Sequence record: SRR20825006_652
Reading direction: 5' to 3' (one strand)
Length of the DNA: 64,000 nucleotides
A program made the position numbers and the translations under genes. Shown here in pieces: positions 19,564 through 29,705 of this stretch. Within the stretch, counting starts at the first letter, position 1, and every line of letters begins with the position of its first letter. The notes under the pieces were generated by a model. The model searched no databases. It was given only the letters and a program-made list of their open reading frames with translations, and was not told the origin of the DNA.

Positions 19564-21357
19564 CTATTTTGTAACTACAGCGGCTTCTTTTTTAGCGTGT
19601 ATACTTCTATTGATAAAGTACTGCTGGATGATAGAAAGCACGTTGAAAACGAGGTAATATAAACTCAAGCCGGCTGCAAATTTGTTGAAGATAAAGAGCA
19701 TCATAAATGGGAAGATGTATTGCATTATTTTCATTTGTTGTGCCATGGCGTTGTTACCGCCTCCGCCACTACTCATTCCGCCAGTTAATCTACTTTGAAC
19801 TACCATAGCGGCAGACATCAAAAGAACAAAACCCGCAATAGATTCGCCTAAAAATGGAATACTGAAAGGTAAGTGAATGATATAATCTGGTGCTGAAAGG
19901 TCATCTGCCCAAAGGAATGATTCCTGACGGAGCAAGATAGAATTTTGGAAAAATCTCCAAAGCGTAATCAAAATTGGGAACTGTAAAAGGTTCGGTAAAC
20001 AACCACCTAATGGGTTTACTTTCTCTTTTTTGTACAGCTTCATTGTTTCTTGCTGCTGCTTCTGAGGGTTGTCCTTGTACTTATCTTGAAGCTCTTTTAA
20101 CTGAGGCTGTAACTCACGCATAGCTGCCATACTACGGTAACTTTTCAGTGTAAGCGGAGTTAAGATAAGCTTTACACCTGCTGCAAAAATCACAACAAGA
20201 ACACCATAGTTTCCTATAAATTGGCTAAAGAATGTGAAGAATGGGATAATGATGAAACGCACAAAAGGATCAGAGAAAAAACGTAACCAGTCGTAGCCAA
20301 CTTTCACCATGTCATAACCGTGTTCATCAACTTTCTTGATGTCATAATACTTCAAGGGCCCAATAAAAAGTTGGTAAGAAAGAGATTCTCCGCTCGAAAC
20401 GTCAGAAGTTATACCAGATGTGTAATGATACTCTACAGTCGGGCTATCTATGTCACCAGTTATCTCACCAGTAAGAATGGCGCCTTCAGTGGTATGTAAT
20501 GGCTTCATGAACTGTGTAAAGAACTTCGTTCTAGTAGCCGCCCATTGCACACTTCCGTTAAGTGTTGTTTCGTCTCTACCAGGCTTATCGAGTTTGAACT
20601 CTTCCAATTCGTCTGCAAGGTATACGTAAGAAGCTGTTTCAAGCGCTTCTTGAGTTTTGTCTTTTTCAGTGAAGTTTAGTTTCGAAGTCCAGCTGAAATC
20701 AACCGATCCGCCTACTATATAATCAGCTAGACCAATAAACTTAACGTCTAAATCAATTTCGTAGTTGTCACCATTAAAAGAGTAGGTGTAAAGGATTTTA
20801 CGCCCGTCAGCAAGCTCAAGTGCGTATTGCAGCTCTTTGGTATCATCGGAGTTTAAAGAGAGTTCGGTTCCTGTTGCTAACTGCGTAAAAAGTAAATGTT
20901 GAGTATCAACGTTGTAATTCTCTGTGGTTAAAAACCCGAAGTTATAAGTAGAATGTGTGGTGTCGCCAAGCATTTGAACAGGCGATCCATCCCAATTGTT
21001 GTAATCGTTGAGCGTGAAAGTAACTGGGCCACCACCTTTATTCGAAAACACTGCAGTATAAAGAGGCGTTTTTACAGCGAAAGTGGAAACTTTGGATACT
21101 GACGATGCAGCAAAAATACCAGATTGTGGAAGTTTAGCTGGGTCTTTTGTGTCTGAATCGATGAAGCGGGTTTCTGGAACTTCTTGCTGTTGGGCGAGCG
21201 ATTCTTGGCGCAGGGCTTCAACGTTGGCAACGCTATCTCGGCTGGCTAAATCTCTTTGTTGTTGCAGGCGTTCTTCTTCGGAAGGCATGGTGAAAACAAA
21301 CCAGCCAATCATGATTAAAAAGATTAAGCCGAATCCGATAAAGTTATTTTTATCCAA
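19564..21357 (-). CDS. yidC: Membrane protein insertase YidC
   Basis: N-terminal TM, periplasmic domain, GNYG, PLGGCLPNLLQFPI, WADDLSAPD and GLSLYY motifs; TTG start. Confidence 0.96.
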   Translation of the reverse strand: MDKNNFIGFGLIFLIMIGWFVFTMPSEEERLQQQRDLASRDSVANVEALRQESLAQQQEVPETRFIDSDTKDPAKLPQSGIFAASSVSKVSTFAVKTPLYTAVFSNKGGGPVTFTLNDYNNWDGSPVQMLGDTTHSTYNFGFLTTENYNVDTQHLLFTQLATGTELSLNSDDTKELQYALELADGRKILYTYSFNGDNYEIDLDVKFIGLADYIVGGSVDFSWTSKLNFTEKDKTQEALETASYVYLADELEEFKLDKPGRDETTLNGSVQWAATRTKFFTQFMKPLHTTEGAILTGEITGDIDSPTVEYHYTSGITSDVSSGESLSYQLFIGPLKYYDIKKVDEHGYDMVKVGYDWLRFFSDPFVRFIIIPFFTFFSQFIGNYGVLVVIFAAGVKLILTPLTLKSYRSMAAMRELQPQLKELQDKYKDNPQKQQQETMKLYKKEKVNPLGGCLPNLLQFPILITLWRFFQNSILLRQESFLWADDLSAPDYIIHLPFSIPFLGESIAGFVLLMSAAMVVQSRLTGGMSSGGGGNNAMAQQMKIMQYIFPFMMLFIFNKFAAGLSLYYLVFNVLSIIQQYFINRSIHAKKEAAVVTK

Positions 21358-21368
21358 AAGTCTGAGTT

Positions 21369-21800
21369 TTAAGAGAGATTGTTATTTTGAAGGAGGCGAG
21401 TACGCAACTCCTCCATAAGAGTTACCACTTGTTGTTGAACCGAAGAAAAGTCAAGGTCTGTGTTTCGGGCTATGAGCACGGCATGAAGTCCTAAATTCAA
21501 GGAGTCTAAAGTATCCTTGAGAGCGTGTTGGTTCAATCGGAATGCTTCGCGCAAAAGACGTTTACATCTATTGCGTTGCACAGCATTACCAATTTTCTTG
21601 GGGGCGATGAAGCCGACATTGTAACCCATTTCAGGGTCAGAATACGAGGTAAATCGAAGGTTCACTAAAGGTGACTTGATGAGCGAAGATTCAGAAAATA
21701 AATTCTGAAAATTTCGCTTACCACGTAAAATTCGAGATTTAGGTAATGTAAATCTGCGGGCAGGAGTAACGCTGGGGTTACTTAGCTCCTTTTTGCTCAT
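21369..21800 (-). CDS. rnpA: Ribonuclease P protein component
   Basis: [21 protein letters not shown] (RNR motif); likely start ATG 21800 overlapping the rpmH 3' end, not 21881. Confidence 0.9.
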   Translation of the reverse strand: MSKKELSNPSVTPARRFTLPKSRILRGKRNFQNLFSESSLIKSPLVNLRFTSYSDPEMGYNVGFIAPKKIGNAVQRNRCKRLLREAFRLNQHALKDTLDSLNLGLHAVLIARNTDLDFSSVQQQVVTLMEELRTRLLQNNNLS

Positions 21801-21936
21801 CACTAACAGTAAGCTTATGGCGGCCTTTAGCGCGGCGGCCGGCAATAACTCTACGGCCGTTTTTTGTAGACATACGTTCACGGAATCCGTGCTTGTTCTT
21901 GCGCTTTCTATTACTTGGTTGGAATGTACGTTTCAT
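21778..21936 (-). CDS. rpmH: 50S ribosomal protein L34
   Basis: Read manually (absent from ORF track): [52 protein letters not shown], 52 aa. Confidence 0.97.
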   Translation of the reverse strand: MKRTFQPSNRKRKNKHGFRERMSTKNGRRVIAGRRAKGRHKLTVSDEQKGAK

Positions 21937-22279
21937 TGGTCAGGATAAATTTGCGTTCAGTTTCGAATCCGAAAAAGGCCTTAAAGATAGTGAGAAAATC
22001 CTAAAAATCAGAACAAATATTTTGTTTTAAATTGCGAAGGTCTTTTTGGCTTTAAAAGAATAAGATACAACCTATAAAATTAGGATGAACTATACGCTTC
22101 AATTAATATTTTCGATAAATTTAATTCTAAGAACCGAAGTGTTTACGCGTTCAGATAATAAAAAAAAGGTGCTACGTTAAAGCTTGGTCTAATATTTGTA
22201 TCTATTACATTATTAGTTGATGGGGCTTTTGAATAAAGTTAACTTGAACGCCTATAATAAAAACCGTTGAAAAAGTAAC

Positions 22280-25200
22280 ATGATTGACACAGTAGGAAAG
22301 GTACTTTCCAAAATATTTGGCTCAAAAAGTGAAAAAGACATTAAAAAAATTCAACCTATTGTAGCGCAAATTAATGCGTTAGGGCCTGAAATTGAGAAAT
22401 TAAGCGACGATCAGCTTAAAGAAAAGACAGAGAGTTTTAAGCAGAAAATTAAGGATGAAACTGCCGAAACCGAGAAGAATATTGCCGAGGTAAAGGCAAA
22501 AATGGAGAACTTTGAAGAGCTCTCGCAGGGTGAAAGTAGAGAGTTAGCCGAACAACTGGATAAATTGCAGAAGCAATGGCTTGAGATTCTTGAAAACACT
22601 TTAGATGACATTTTGCCCGAAGCATACGCAGTATTAAAAGATACGTGCCGTCGTTTTGTCGGTAAAAGTTGGAGCGTTGCGGGCGACGATGTGGAGTGGA
22701 ACATGGTGCCTTACGACGTTCAGTTAGTTGGTGCTATCTGTCTCCATCAAAAGAAAATTGCGGAAATGAAGACGGGTGAGGGTAAAACACTCGTGGCTAT
22801 TTTCCCAGCATATCTAAACGCTCTTGCTGGGCGTGGCGTGCATGTTATTACAGTAAACGATTATTTAGCAAAACGTGATGCTGAGTGGAACGAGCCAATT
22901 TTTAATTTCCATGGTCTTCATGTAGACTGTATAGATAACTATAAGCCAAACACCGAGGCTCGCCGTAAAGCGTACCGTTGTGATGTTACTTATGGTACAA
23001 ATAATGAGTTTGGCTTCGATTATCTACGTGATAATATGGTGATTGAAAAAGAGCAACTGGTACAGCGCGAACATCATTATGCGATTATTGATGAGGTTGA
23101 TTCTATTTTAATTGATGAAGCTAGAACTCCTCTTATTATCTCAGGGCCAGTTCCCAACGATAATAAATCAGACAAATACGAAGAAACTAAACCTCGAGTA
23201 GCGTCTTTAGTTGATGCACAGAAAAAATTGGTTTCTCATTTAGTACAAGAAGCTCAACAACTTCTAGATGCAGGCGATGAAGAAAAAGCAGGTTTAGCTC
23301 TTTTTCGTGCGCAACGTGGTTTCCCAAAAAACTCACGGTTTAAGAAAATGGTTCAAGAACCAACTAATCAGAAACTGATTCAGAGAACAGAGAATATTTA
23401 TCTTGCGGATAACGCGAAACGAATGCCCGAAGTAGATGAGTATCTATTTTATGCGGTAGACATGAAGCAGAATTCGATTGAAATGACAGAAAAAGGTCGT
23501 GAATTCATTACCAAGAAAGGTGAAGATCCTGACTTCTTTATCATTCCTGACTTAGGAGTAGAGTCTGCAGAAATCGAAACTGCAATGGCAACGCTTGAAG
23601 CCCAGAAAATTGCAGAAATTGAAGCTGAAGATCTTAGCGTAGAGTACAAAGAAAAGAAAATTCAAGAAGCTAAGCAGGAAGTTCGCAATGAACGTGAGCT
23701 TAAATTTAATGAGCTACATTTATTATTTGGTGAACGTGGCGACCGTATCCATACTGTAAATCAGCTTTTGAAGGCTTATACTCTTTTCGAAAAAGAAGAA
23801 GAATACATTGTGCAGAATGGAAAAGTGAATATTGTTGATGAGCATACAGGGCGTGTGCTTTCAGGTCGACGTTATTCTGATGGTTTGCACCAAGCGATAG
23901 AAGCAAAAGAGCAGGTTAAGATTGAGGCGTCTACTCAGACTTACGCTACCATTACTTTACAGAATTACTTCCGTATGTATCATAAACTTTCGGGTATGAC
24001 GGGTACAGCTGAAACGGAAGAAGGCGAATTTAATGAGATTTACGATTTAGATGTAATGGTGATTCCAACCAATCGCCCAATTCAGCGTGCGGATACAGAA
24101 GATTTGGTGTTTAAAACCAAACGTGAAAAATTCAATGCTACTATCGAAAAAATACGTGAGTATCACGAGAAAGGTCAACCTGTTCTTGTAGGGACAACAA
24201 GCATCGATGTTTCGGAAACGATGAGTCGAATGCTTCAGAGAGCAGGCATCCCTCATAATGTATTAAACGCAAAGCAACACGCTAGTGAAAGTGATATCGT
24301 AAAATCTGCAGGTAAACCTGGTGCGGTAACAGTGGCTACTAACATGGCCGGACGTGGTACTGATATTAAGCTGGCTCCAGGTGTTAAAGAACGTGGTGGA
24401 TTGGCAATTTTGGGAACTGAGCGTCATGAATCTCGCCGAATTGATTTACAGTTGCGTGGTCGTTCAGGTCGCCAAGGCGATCCAGGGGAATCACAATTTT
24501 ATGTTTCTCTAGAAGATAACCTGATGGCAATGTTTGGTTCAGATCGTGTTGCAGGTGTAATGGACAGGTTGAAATTTGAAGAGGGCGAAGTAATTACGCA
24601 TCCGTGGATTACCAAATCTTTGGAACGTGCTCAATCAAAAGTAGAGCAGAATAACTTCAGTATTCGTAAAAAGCAGCTTGAATACGATGACGTGTTGAAT
24701 AACCAACGTAAGGTAATTTATTCTCGTCGTTTACACGCTCTACAAGGCGACCAGTTACTAGCAGATATCATGGATATGCTAGAAGATTATGTAGAAACGT
24801 TGGTACAAACTCATGTTGCCGCTGGAGATTATGAAGGATTGTATACTGAAGTGTTACGTAATCTTGCGGTAGATGCAGAATATGACGAGGAAGCTTGGCG
24901 TAAAATGAATGCTGAAGACTTGATGGATTTAATTCTAGATAAAGCTTTAGATACGTATCGTCGTAAAGAAGAAAGAATGGCGAAGCCACTTTACGAAGTG
25001 ATGAAGCGCATCAATGATAGCGACCCAGAAAATCGTCCTGAAAGAGTTCAGGTGATTTTTACTGATGGGATTAAAAGAATGCGTGTGGTTGTAGAAGTTG
25101 AAGCTGCACTTAAGAATGAAGGCCGTGAAGTTGCTCGTGCTCTAGAAAGAACAGCTGTTTTAGCTACAATTGATGAGAAATGGATGCAGCATCTGCGTGA

Positions 25201-25669
25201 ACTCGACTCCGTTAAAGAAGGTATCGGTTTGCGTGCATTTGGGCAGAAAGATCCTTTGTTAGAGTACAAAAGAGAGGCGTTCGATATGTTTCGTCAGCTT
25301 TTGGATATGGTAAACAAAGATGTGGTTACCACGATTTGGAAATCTGTTCCAGAAGCGCAAGCGGAAAACGATAGACTACAACAAGCTCAGCAACAAAAAT
25401 CTCGATTTGATACCAGCAAAATGCAAACTCAACATGCCGACTCAAGCGGAATGGGAATGCAAGCGCCTGCAGGGCAACAAGCTGGTGGTAATCAACAGCG
25501 ACCAATGGGCCCAAATACGAAACGACAACCAGTGCATGTAGAGCAAGAGCCGGGTAGAAACGATCGTGTTACTATACAAAATATGGGTACTAGCGAGGTA
25601 AAAGAAGTGAAATGGAAATACGCTAAAGATTTAGTAGAAAATCAAGGGTGGATTATGGTGGAGAAGTAG
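22280..25669 (+). CDS. secA: Preprotein translocase ATPase SecA
   Basis: MKTGEGKT, IIDEVDSILIDEARTPLIISG, TNMAGRGTDI and QLRGRSGRQGDPG motifs. Confidence 0.98.
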   Translation: MIDTVGKVLSKIFGSKSEKDIKKIQPIVAQINALGPEIEKLSDDQLKEKTESFKQKIKDETAETEKNIAEVKAKMENFEELSQGESRELAEQLDKLQKQWLEILENTLDDILPEAYAVLKDTCRRFVGKSWSVAGDDVEWNMVPYDVQLVGAICLHQKKIAEMKTGEGKTLVAIFPAYLNALAGRGVHVITVNDYLAKRDAEWNEPIFNFHGLHVDCIDNYKPNTEARRKAYRCDVTYGTNNEFGFDYLRDNMVIEKEQLVQREHHYAIIDEVDSILIDEARTPLIISGPVPNDNKSDKYEETKPRVASLVDAQKKLVSHLVQEAQQLLDAGDEEKAGLALFRAQRGFPKNSRFKKMVQEPTNQKLIQRTENIYLADNAKRMPEVDEYLFYAVDMKQNSIEMTEKGREFITKKGEDPDFFIIPDLGVESAEIETAMATLEAQKIAEIEAEDLSVEYKEKKIQEAKQEVRNERELKFNELHLLFGERGDRIHTVNQLLKAYTLFEKEEEYIVQNGKVNIVDEHTGRVLSGRRYSDGLHQAIEAKEQVKIEASTQTYATITLQNYFRMYHKLSGMTGTAETEEGEFNEIYDLDVMVIPTNRPIQRADTEDLVFKTKREKFNATIEKIREYHEKGQPVLVGTTSIDVSETMSRMLQRAGIPHNVLNAKQHASESDIVKSAGKPGAVTVATNMAGRGTDIKLAPGVKERGGLAILGTERHESRRIDLQLRGRSGRQGDPGESQFYVSLEDNLMAMFGSDRVAGVMDRLKFEEGEVITHPWITKSLERAQSKVEQNNFSIRKKQLEYDDVLNNQRKVIYSRRLHALQGDQLLADIMDMLEDYVETLVQTHVAAGDYEGLYTEVLRNLAVDAEYDEEAWRKMNAEDLMDLILDKALDTYRRKEERMAKPLYEVMKRINDSDPENRPERVQVIFTDGIKRMRVVVEVEAALKNEGREVARALERTAVLATIDEKWMQHLRELDSVKEGIGLRAFGQKDPLLEYKREAFDMFRQLLDMVNKDVVTTIWKSVPEAQAENDRLQQAQQQKSRFDTSKMQTQHADSSGMGMQAPAGQQAGGNQQRPMGPNTKRQPVHVEQEPGRNDRVTIQNMGTSEVKEVKWKYAKDLVENQGWIMVEK

Positions 25670-25774
25670 TCTCCATCATAATGGCAACAAGTAGCGAAAG
25701 CTTAACATGGCTTTATTATCGGCATTGCTTAAATTTAAACTTCTCGTTAAAAAAAGATTAAACAAGTTACCTGA

Positions 25775-26536
25775 GTGGAAGTTTTAGGCATTGATATTGG
25801 AAGTTACGGCATAAAAGGTGCTATCGTTGATACGGAAAAGGGCGAGATTATATCCAATAAACGATCTACAGATAAGATAGAGGATATGAGCCCACACAAA
25901 CTTATTGCGAAAATGCATAAGATTGTGAAGCTGTTTGAATGGAAGGGGCCAATAGGTTGTGCATTTCCTGCACCGGTGAGTAATGGAATTATAATCTCAA
26001 CAAACCGTGTAGATTCTGGATGGATTGATACCGATGCCGAGCATTTATTCTCAGAAATAACAGGTTGTCCGGTAAGTGTAATTAGCGATACAGATGCGGC
26101 GGGATTAGCGGAAATGACTTTTGGCATAGGGAAAAGGCAAAAAGGAACCGTTGTTGTACTAACCGTTGATACAGGTATTGGCTCCTCAATTTTTGTGAAT
26201 GGTGTTTTAGTTCCTAATACTGAACTCGGACAGATTTCGATTAAAGGGAGTACCATTGAGTCTCAAGCTTCAAACAGAGCTAGAAAGGAGGGAGGGATTC
26301 AGCGTAAAACTTGGGCTAAGCGTTTGCAACATGCACTCGAACATTACGAGAAGTTATTCCATCCGAGCCTCTTTATCTTAGGTGGAAAGCTCAGTAAAAA
26401 AGCAGATAAAACCTTCCCTTATATAAAATTGAATACTCGATTTAAAGCCGCTGATCTCAGAAATGATGCAAGTATTGTGGGGGCAGCATATTACGCGGCC
26501 TCGCGTGAAAAACAACGCCAAGTATCGAATAAATAG
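25775..26536 (+). CDS. ROK family protein, polyphosphate glucokinase-like (divergent motifs)
   Basis: GIDIG..GIKGA, DAAGLAEM, TGIGS and VPNTELG motifs, with several substitutions. Confidence 0.75.
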   Translation: MEVLGIDIGSYGIKGAIVDTEKGEIISNKRSTDKIEDMSPHKLIAKMHKIVKLFEWKGPIGCAFPAPVSNGIIISTNRVDSGWIDTDAEHLFSEITGCPVSVISDTDAAGLAEMTFGIGKRQKGTVVVLTVDTGIGSSIFVNGVLVPNTELGQISIKGSTIESQASNRARKEGGIQRKTWAKRLQHALEHYEKLFHPSLFILGGKLSKKADKTFPYIKLNTRFKAADLRNDASIVGAAYYAASREKQRQVSNK

Positions 26537-26690
26537 TTTGGTAATAATTTATACTGAAGTGCGTATAAAAAGAGAAATATCTGAAGAAACAGCGACGCGA
26601 TTTTTTTCTGCTATTTGAAGAAGTAATTGAACTCTATTATCAGAACAGCTGCTATATCCATGTGCAGCATGAATAAGCTAGCATCTTGAT

Positions 26691-27152
26691 CTAAGAATCA
26701 TCATCAAATCTCAATTTAGCGAGCTTTTCTTGCCACAATTCCCATTCATGTAGTTTAGAGTCATCGGAATAATTAGACTTTTGTTTCTTCTTTTTATCCG
26801 ATTTGGCATCTTTAAAAGATGCAGCATTAACAAACTCAATGTTTAATCCTCGCAGTGCTTTTTTTATCCCATTATCAGATGTGGCAACACATATCTTCTC
26901 AGGTGCAGACTTTTTAGCTTTTTCAATAATGAGTGTGTCTGCTTCTTGATGTTTGCTAAAGGTGAAGTGCATGCCTTTTTTCCTCAGGGGAATGGGAAAA
27001 GGATAGCCATCAACCATGAAGAATAGTTTGTTGTATTTCTTTGTGGAGGCATTTTGCTCCAATAAAGAAATCAACTGAATAATACCGCTTTGTTTGTTTT
27101 TATTAAGTCCCAAAGCGTGCATTATATTCATGGTGTCTATAATTAAAATCAT
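26691..27152 (-). CDS. NYN/YacP-like PIN-fold nuclease
   Basis: IIDTMN, MVDG, EADTLI and VATSDN acidic motifs. Confidence 0.7.
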   Translation of the reverse strand: MILIIDTMNIMHALGLNKNKQSGIIQLISLLEQNASTKKYNKLFFMVDGYPFPIPLRKKGMHFTFSKHQEADTLIIEKAKKSAPEKICVATSDNGIKKALRGLNIEFVNAASFKDAKSDKKKKQKSNYSDDSKLHEWELWQEKLAKLRFDDDS

Positions 27153-27176
27153 AGTTACAAAGTATACAGACTCGGT

Positions 27177-28058
27177 TTAACTTAAAAACTCAATCACTTT
27201 CGAGAGAATGGGATTTCGGCTATCTGTTTTCCAGATTGCTGAAAGCGTAGTTCTTTGTGGAATATTCGTTAGCTCAATAAACTTAATATTTAAATCGAAT
27301 CCATGTTTTAATGAACTTGGTACAATTCCAATTCCCAATTGATTTTCAACAAGTCGGAAAATAGTGTTGGCGTGAACCGATTCGTGAGCCACTTTGGGGG
27401 AGAATCCTTGGTCTTCAAAAATGCTTAGAATCTTATCGTAATAGCCATGACTGTATTGGCTAGAAAACAGAATGAAGTTTTCATCTCTTAAGACATCAAT
27501 AGCGGTGAAATTCTCAGCTGAAACTGGATGAGAAGCTGGAAGAACTAAGCAGAAATTCTCTTCATAAACATCCAGTTTATTTAAACCCGCTGGCAATCTC
27601 ATTGTTCGTATAAATCCTAAATCGAGTTGATCGTTTCTAATTCTATCAAGCTGTTCTTGGTTAGGCAACTCAGTAAGTATTGAATGAATGCCAGGATAAT
27701 CTTTGTTTATCTGTTTCAGCAAACTTGGAATTACCGTTTGCATTGCCGAGCCAACAAATCCTATGCGCAGTTCCCCTTCATCCCCTTGCTGCAGGTGTTC
27801 AATTGTTTGTTGAACAAAATCTAAATGATTGAAAAGAAAACGAGCTTCATCCAACAAATACTCACCAGATTTAGTGAGGGCTACATTGCGCTTATCTCGA
27901 ATAAATAACGGCGCACCAATGAACTGTTCTAATTGTTGAATCTGCCGACTCAGCGCGGGTTGGGTAATAAACAGCTTTTCAGCGGCTTTGCGGAAATGCA
28001 ATTCCTCTGCAACAGTGATGAAATAGCGAAGATGTCGAAATTCTATTTGATTACTCAT
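27177..28058 (-). CDS. LysR family regulator divergent from the hut operon
   Basis: HFRKAAEKLFITQPALSRQIQQLE HTH plus substrate-binding domain; start 28058 preferred (28064 and 28076 possible). Confidence 0.92.
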   Translation of the reverse strand: MSNQIEFRHLRYFITVAEELHFRKAAEKLFITQPALSRQIQQLEQFIGAPLFIRDKRNVALTKSGEYLLDEARFLFNHLDFVQQTIEHLQQGDEGELRIGFVGSAMQTVIPSLLKQINKDYPGIHSILTELPNQEQLDRIRNDQLDLGFIRTMRLPAGLNKLDVYEENFCLVLPASHPVSAENFTAIDVLRDENFILFSSQYSHGYYDKILSIFEDQGFSPKVAHESVHANTIFRLVENQLGIGIVPSSLKHGFDLNIKFIELTNIPQRTTLSAIWKTDSRNPILSKVIEFLS

Positions 28059-28079
28059 AAGCATCAATATATACATATA

Positions 28080-28115
28080 AAGTAATACAAAACATTACTT
28101 ATAGAATGTACATTC
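28080..28115. promoter_or_regulatory. Candidate operator palindromes in the lysR-hutH intergenic region
   Basis: AAGTAAT-N7-ATTACTT (28080-28100) and the perfect palindrome GAATGTACATTC (28104-28115). Confidence 0.5.
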
Positions 28116-28136
28116 AAGAAAATAGGGAAGTAATGT

Positions 28137-29705
28137 ATGGTAAAATTTAGACTGGGATTAGATCAACTTACCATTCAAAACGTGGTGGATATTTGTAATG
28201 GTACAATGCCAGTTTCACTTGAGGGTGAAGCACGAAAAAGAGTGCGAGAAAGTGCCGAATATGTAGCAACCATTGTGGAAAGTGGAGAGGTTGTGTACGG
28301 AGTAAATACAGGTTTTGGTCCTCTTTGCAACACCATTATTTCTAAAGAGAACACGGCGCGTTTACAGGATAATTTATTACGAAGTCATAGTGTTGGTGTT
28401 GGGAAGTCTATAGCGTTGAACATCGCTAAAGCCATGCTCGTTTTAAAAGCTCATAACTTGAGTTATGGTTATTCTGGAATACGTGAAGAAACTTTAGATA
28501 GAATTATTTTCTTTATCGAGAACGATATCATTTCAGAAGTTCCAGAGCAGGGGTCGGTTGGTGCATCAGGGGATTTAGCTCCACTTGCCCATCTTTTCTT
28601 GCCGCTAATTGGTTTAGGAAAGTTGCATTACAAAGGGGATTGGAGAGATAGCTCAGAAGTGCTAAATGAACTTAATCTTGAGCCAATAGTGCTAGGAGCT
28701 AAAGAAGGTTTAGCGCTCATAAATGGAACTCAGTTTATAGCGGCACATGCTGTTTGGGGTGTTTATAATCTTCATCACTGCTTAAATACCGCCGATATAA
28801 TTGGTGCAATGAGTTTGGAAGGTGTGTTGGGAAGCAAAAGTCCATTTGATGCAAGAATACATGAAATCCGTGCTTTTGAAGGGACTAGATTTGTTGCACA
28901 TCGGTTAAGGGCATTACTGAAAGGATCGGAAATGGTGGAGTCGCATGAAAACTGTGGCCGAGTTCAAGATCCGTATTCAATACGTTGTATGCCTCAGGTA
29001 CATGGAACGAGTAGAAATGCTTGGCTACATGTGAAGCAGATGGTAGATATTGAGATAAATTCAGTAACAGATAACCCCATTATACTTTCTGCTGAAGAAG
29101 CCATTAGTGGTGGGAATTTTCATGGTCAACCTTTGGCGTTACCGTGCGATTACCTAACACTCGCGGCTCACGAAATTGGGAATATTTCAGATCGAAGATC
29201 GTACCTGTTACTTGGAGGAGAGCATCCTGGCTTGCCTAAATTACTAATGACAGATATTGGGTTGAACTCTGGTTTTATGATTCCTCAATACACTTCAGCA
29301 GCGTTAGTAAGTGAGAATAAAGCCCTTTGTTTTCCAGCTTCAGCAGATAGTATTCCGACTTCACTTGGGCAAGAAGATCATGTTAGTATGGGGTCAATTA
29401 GTGCAAGGAAATTAAACCAAGTGATAGATAATGTAGAAAAGATTCTGGCAGTAGAAATGGTGAATGCAGCTCAAGCTTTTGATTTCAGAAAACCCATGAA
29501 ATCTGGTCCTATTCTAGATGCTTGCCATGAGATAATACGTACTCATATCGACCACGCAGACGAAGACCGAGTATTCGCTGATGATATCGCAAAAGCTTTG
29601 AAACTAGTTCAAAGCCACGGAATTACTCGAAAAGCTGAAGAAGTAGCCCAAGAGTTAAACATTGATGTAAATGGAGTTTATGATGAACTATTCAGAGTTT
29701 CTTAA
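28137..29705 (+). CDS. hutH: Histidine ammonia-lyase
   Basis: [17 protein letters not shown] (MIO-forming ASG), [14 protein letters not shown] and QEDHVSMG motifs. Confidence 0.96.
   Translation: MVKFRLGLDQLTIQNVVDICNGTMPVSLEGEARKRVRESAEYVATIVESGEVVYGVNTGFGPLCNTIISKENTARLQDNLLRSHSVGVGKSIALNIAKAMLVLKAHNLSYGYSGIREETLDRIIFFIENDIISEVPEQGSVGASGDLAPLAHLFLPLIGLGKLHYKGDWRDSSEVLNELNLEPIVLGAKEGLALINGTQFIAAHAVWGVYNLHHCLNTADIIGAMSLEGVLGSKSPFDARIHEIRAFEGTRFVAHRLRALLKGSEMVESHENCGRVQDPYSIRCMPQVHGTSRNAWLHVKQMVDIEINSVTDNPIILSAEEAISGGNFHGQPLALPCDYLTLAAHEIGNISDRRSYLLLGGEHPGLPKLLMTDIGLNSGFMIPQYTSAALVSENKALCFPASADSIPTSLGQEDHVSMGSISARKLNQVIDNVEKILAVEMVNAAQAFDFRKPMKSGPILDACHEIIRTHIDHADEDRVFADDIAKALKLVQSHGITRKAEEVAQELNIDVNGVYDELFRVS

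Noticed and set aside
21801-21881. N-terminal extension of rnpA given by the ORF track
   Set aside because: It is an alternate frame of rpmH; ATG 21800 is the more plausible start
21937-22279. oriC upstream of rpmH
   Set aside because: AT-rich, but I saw no TTATCCACA-type DnaA box cluster and dnaA is not adjacent
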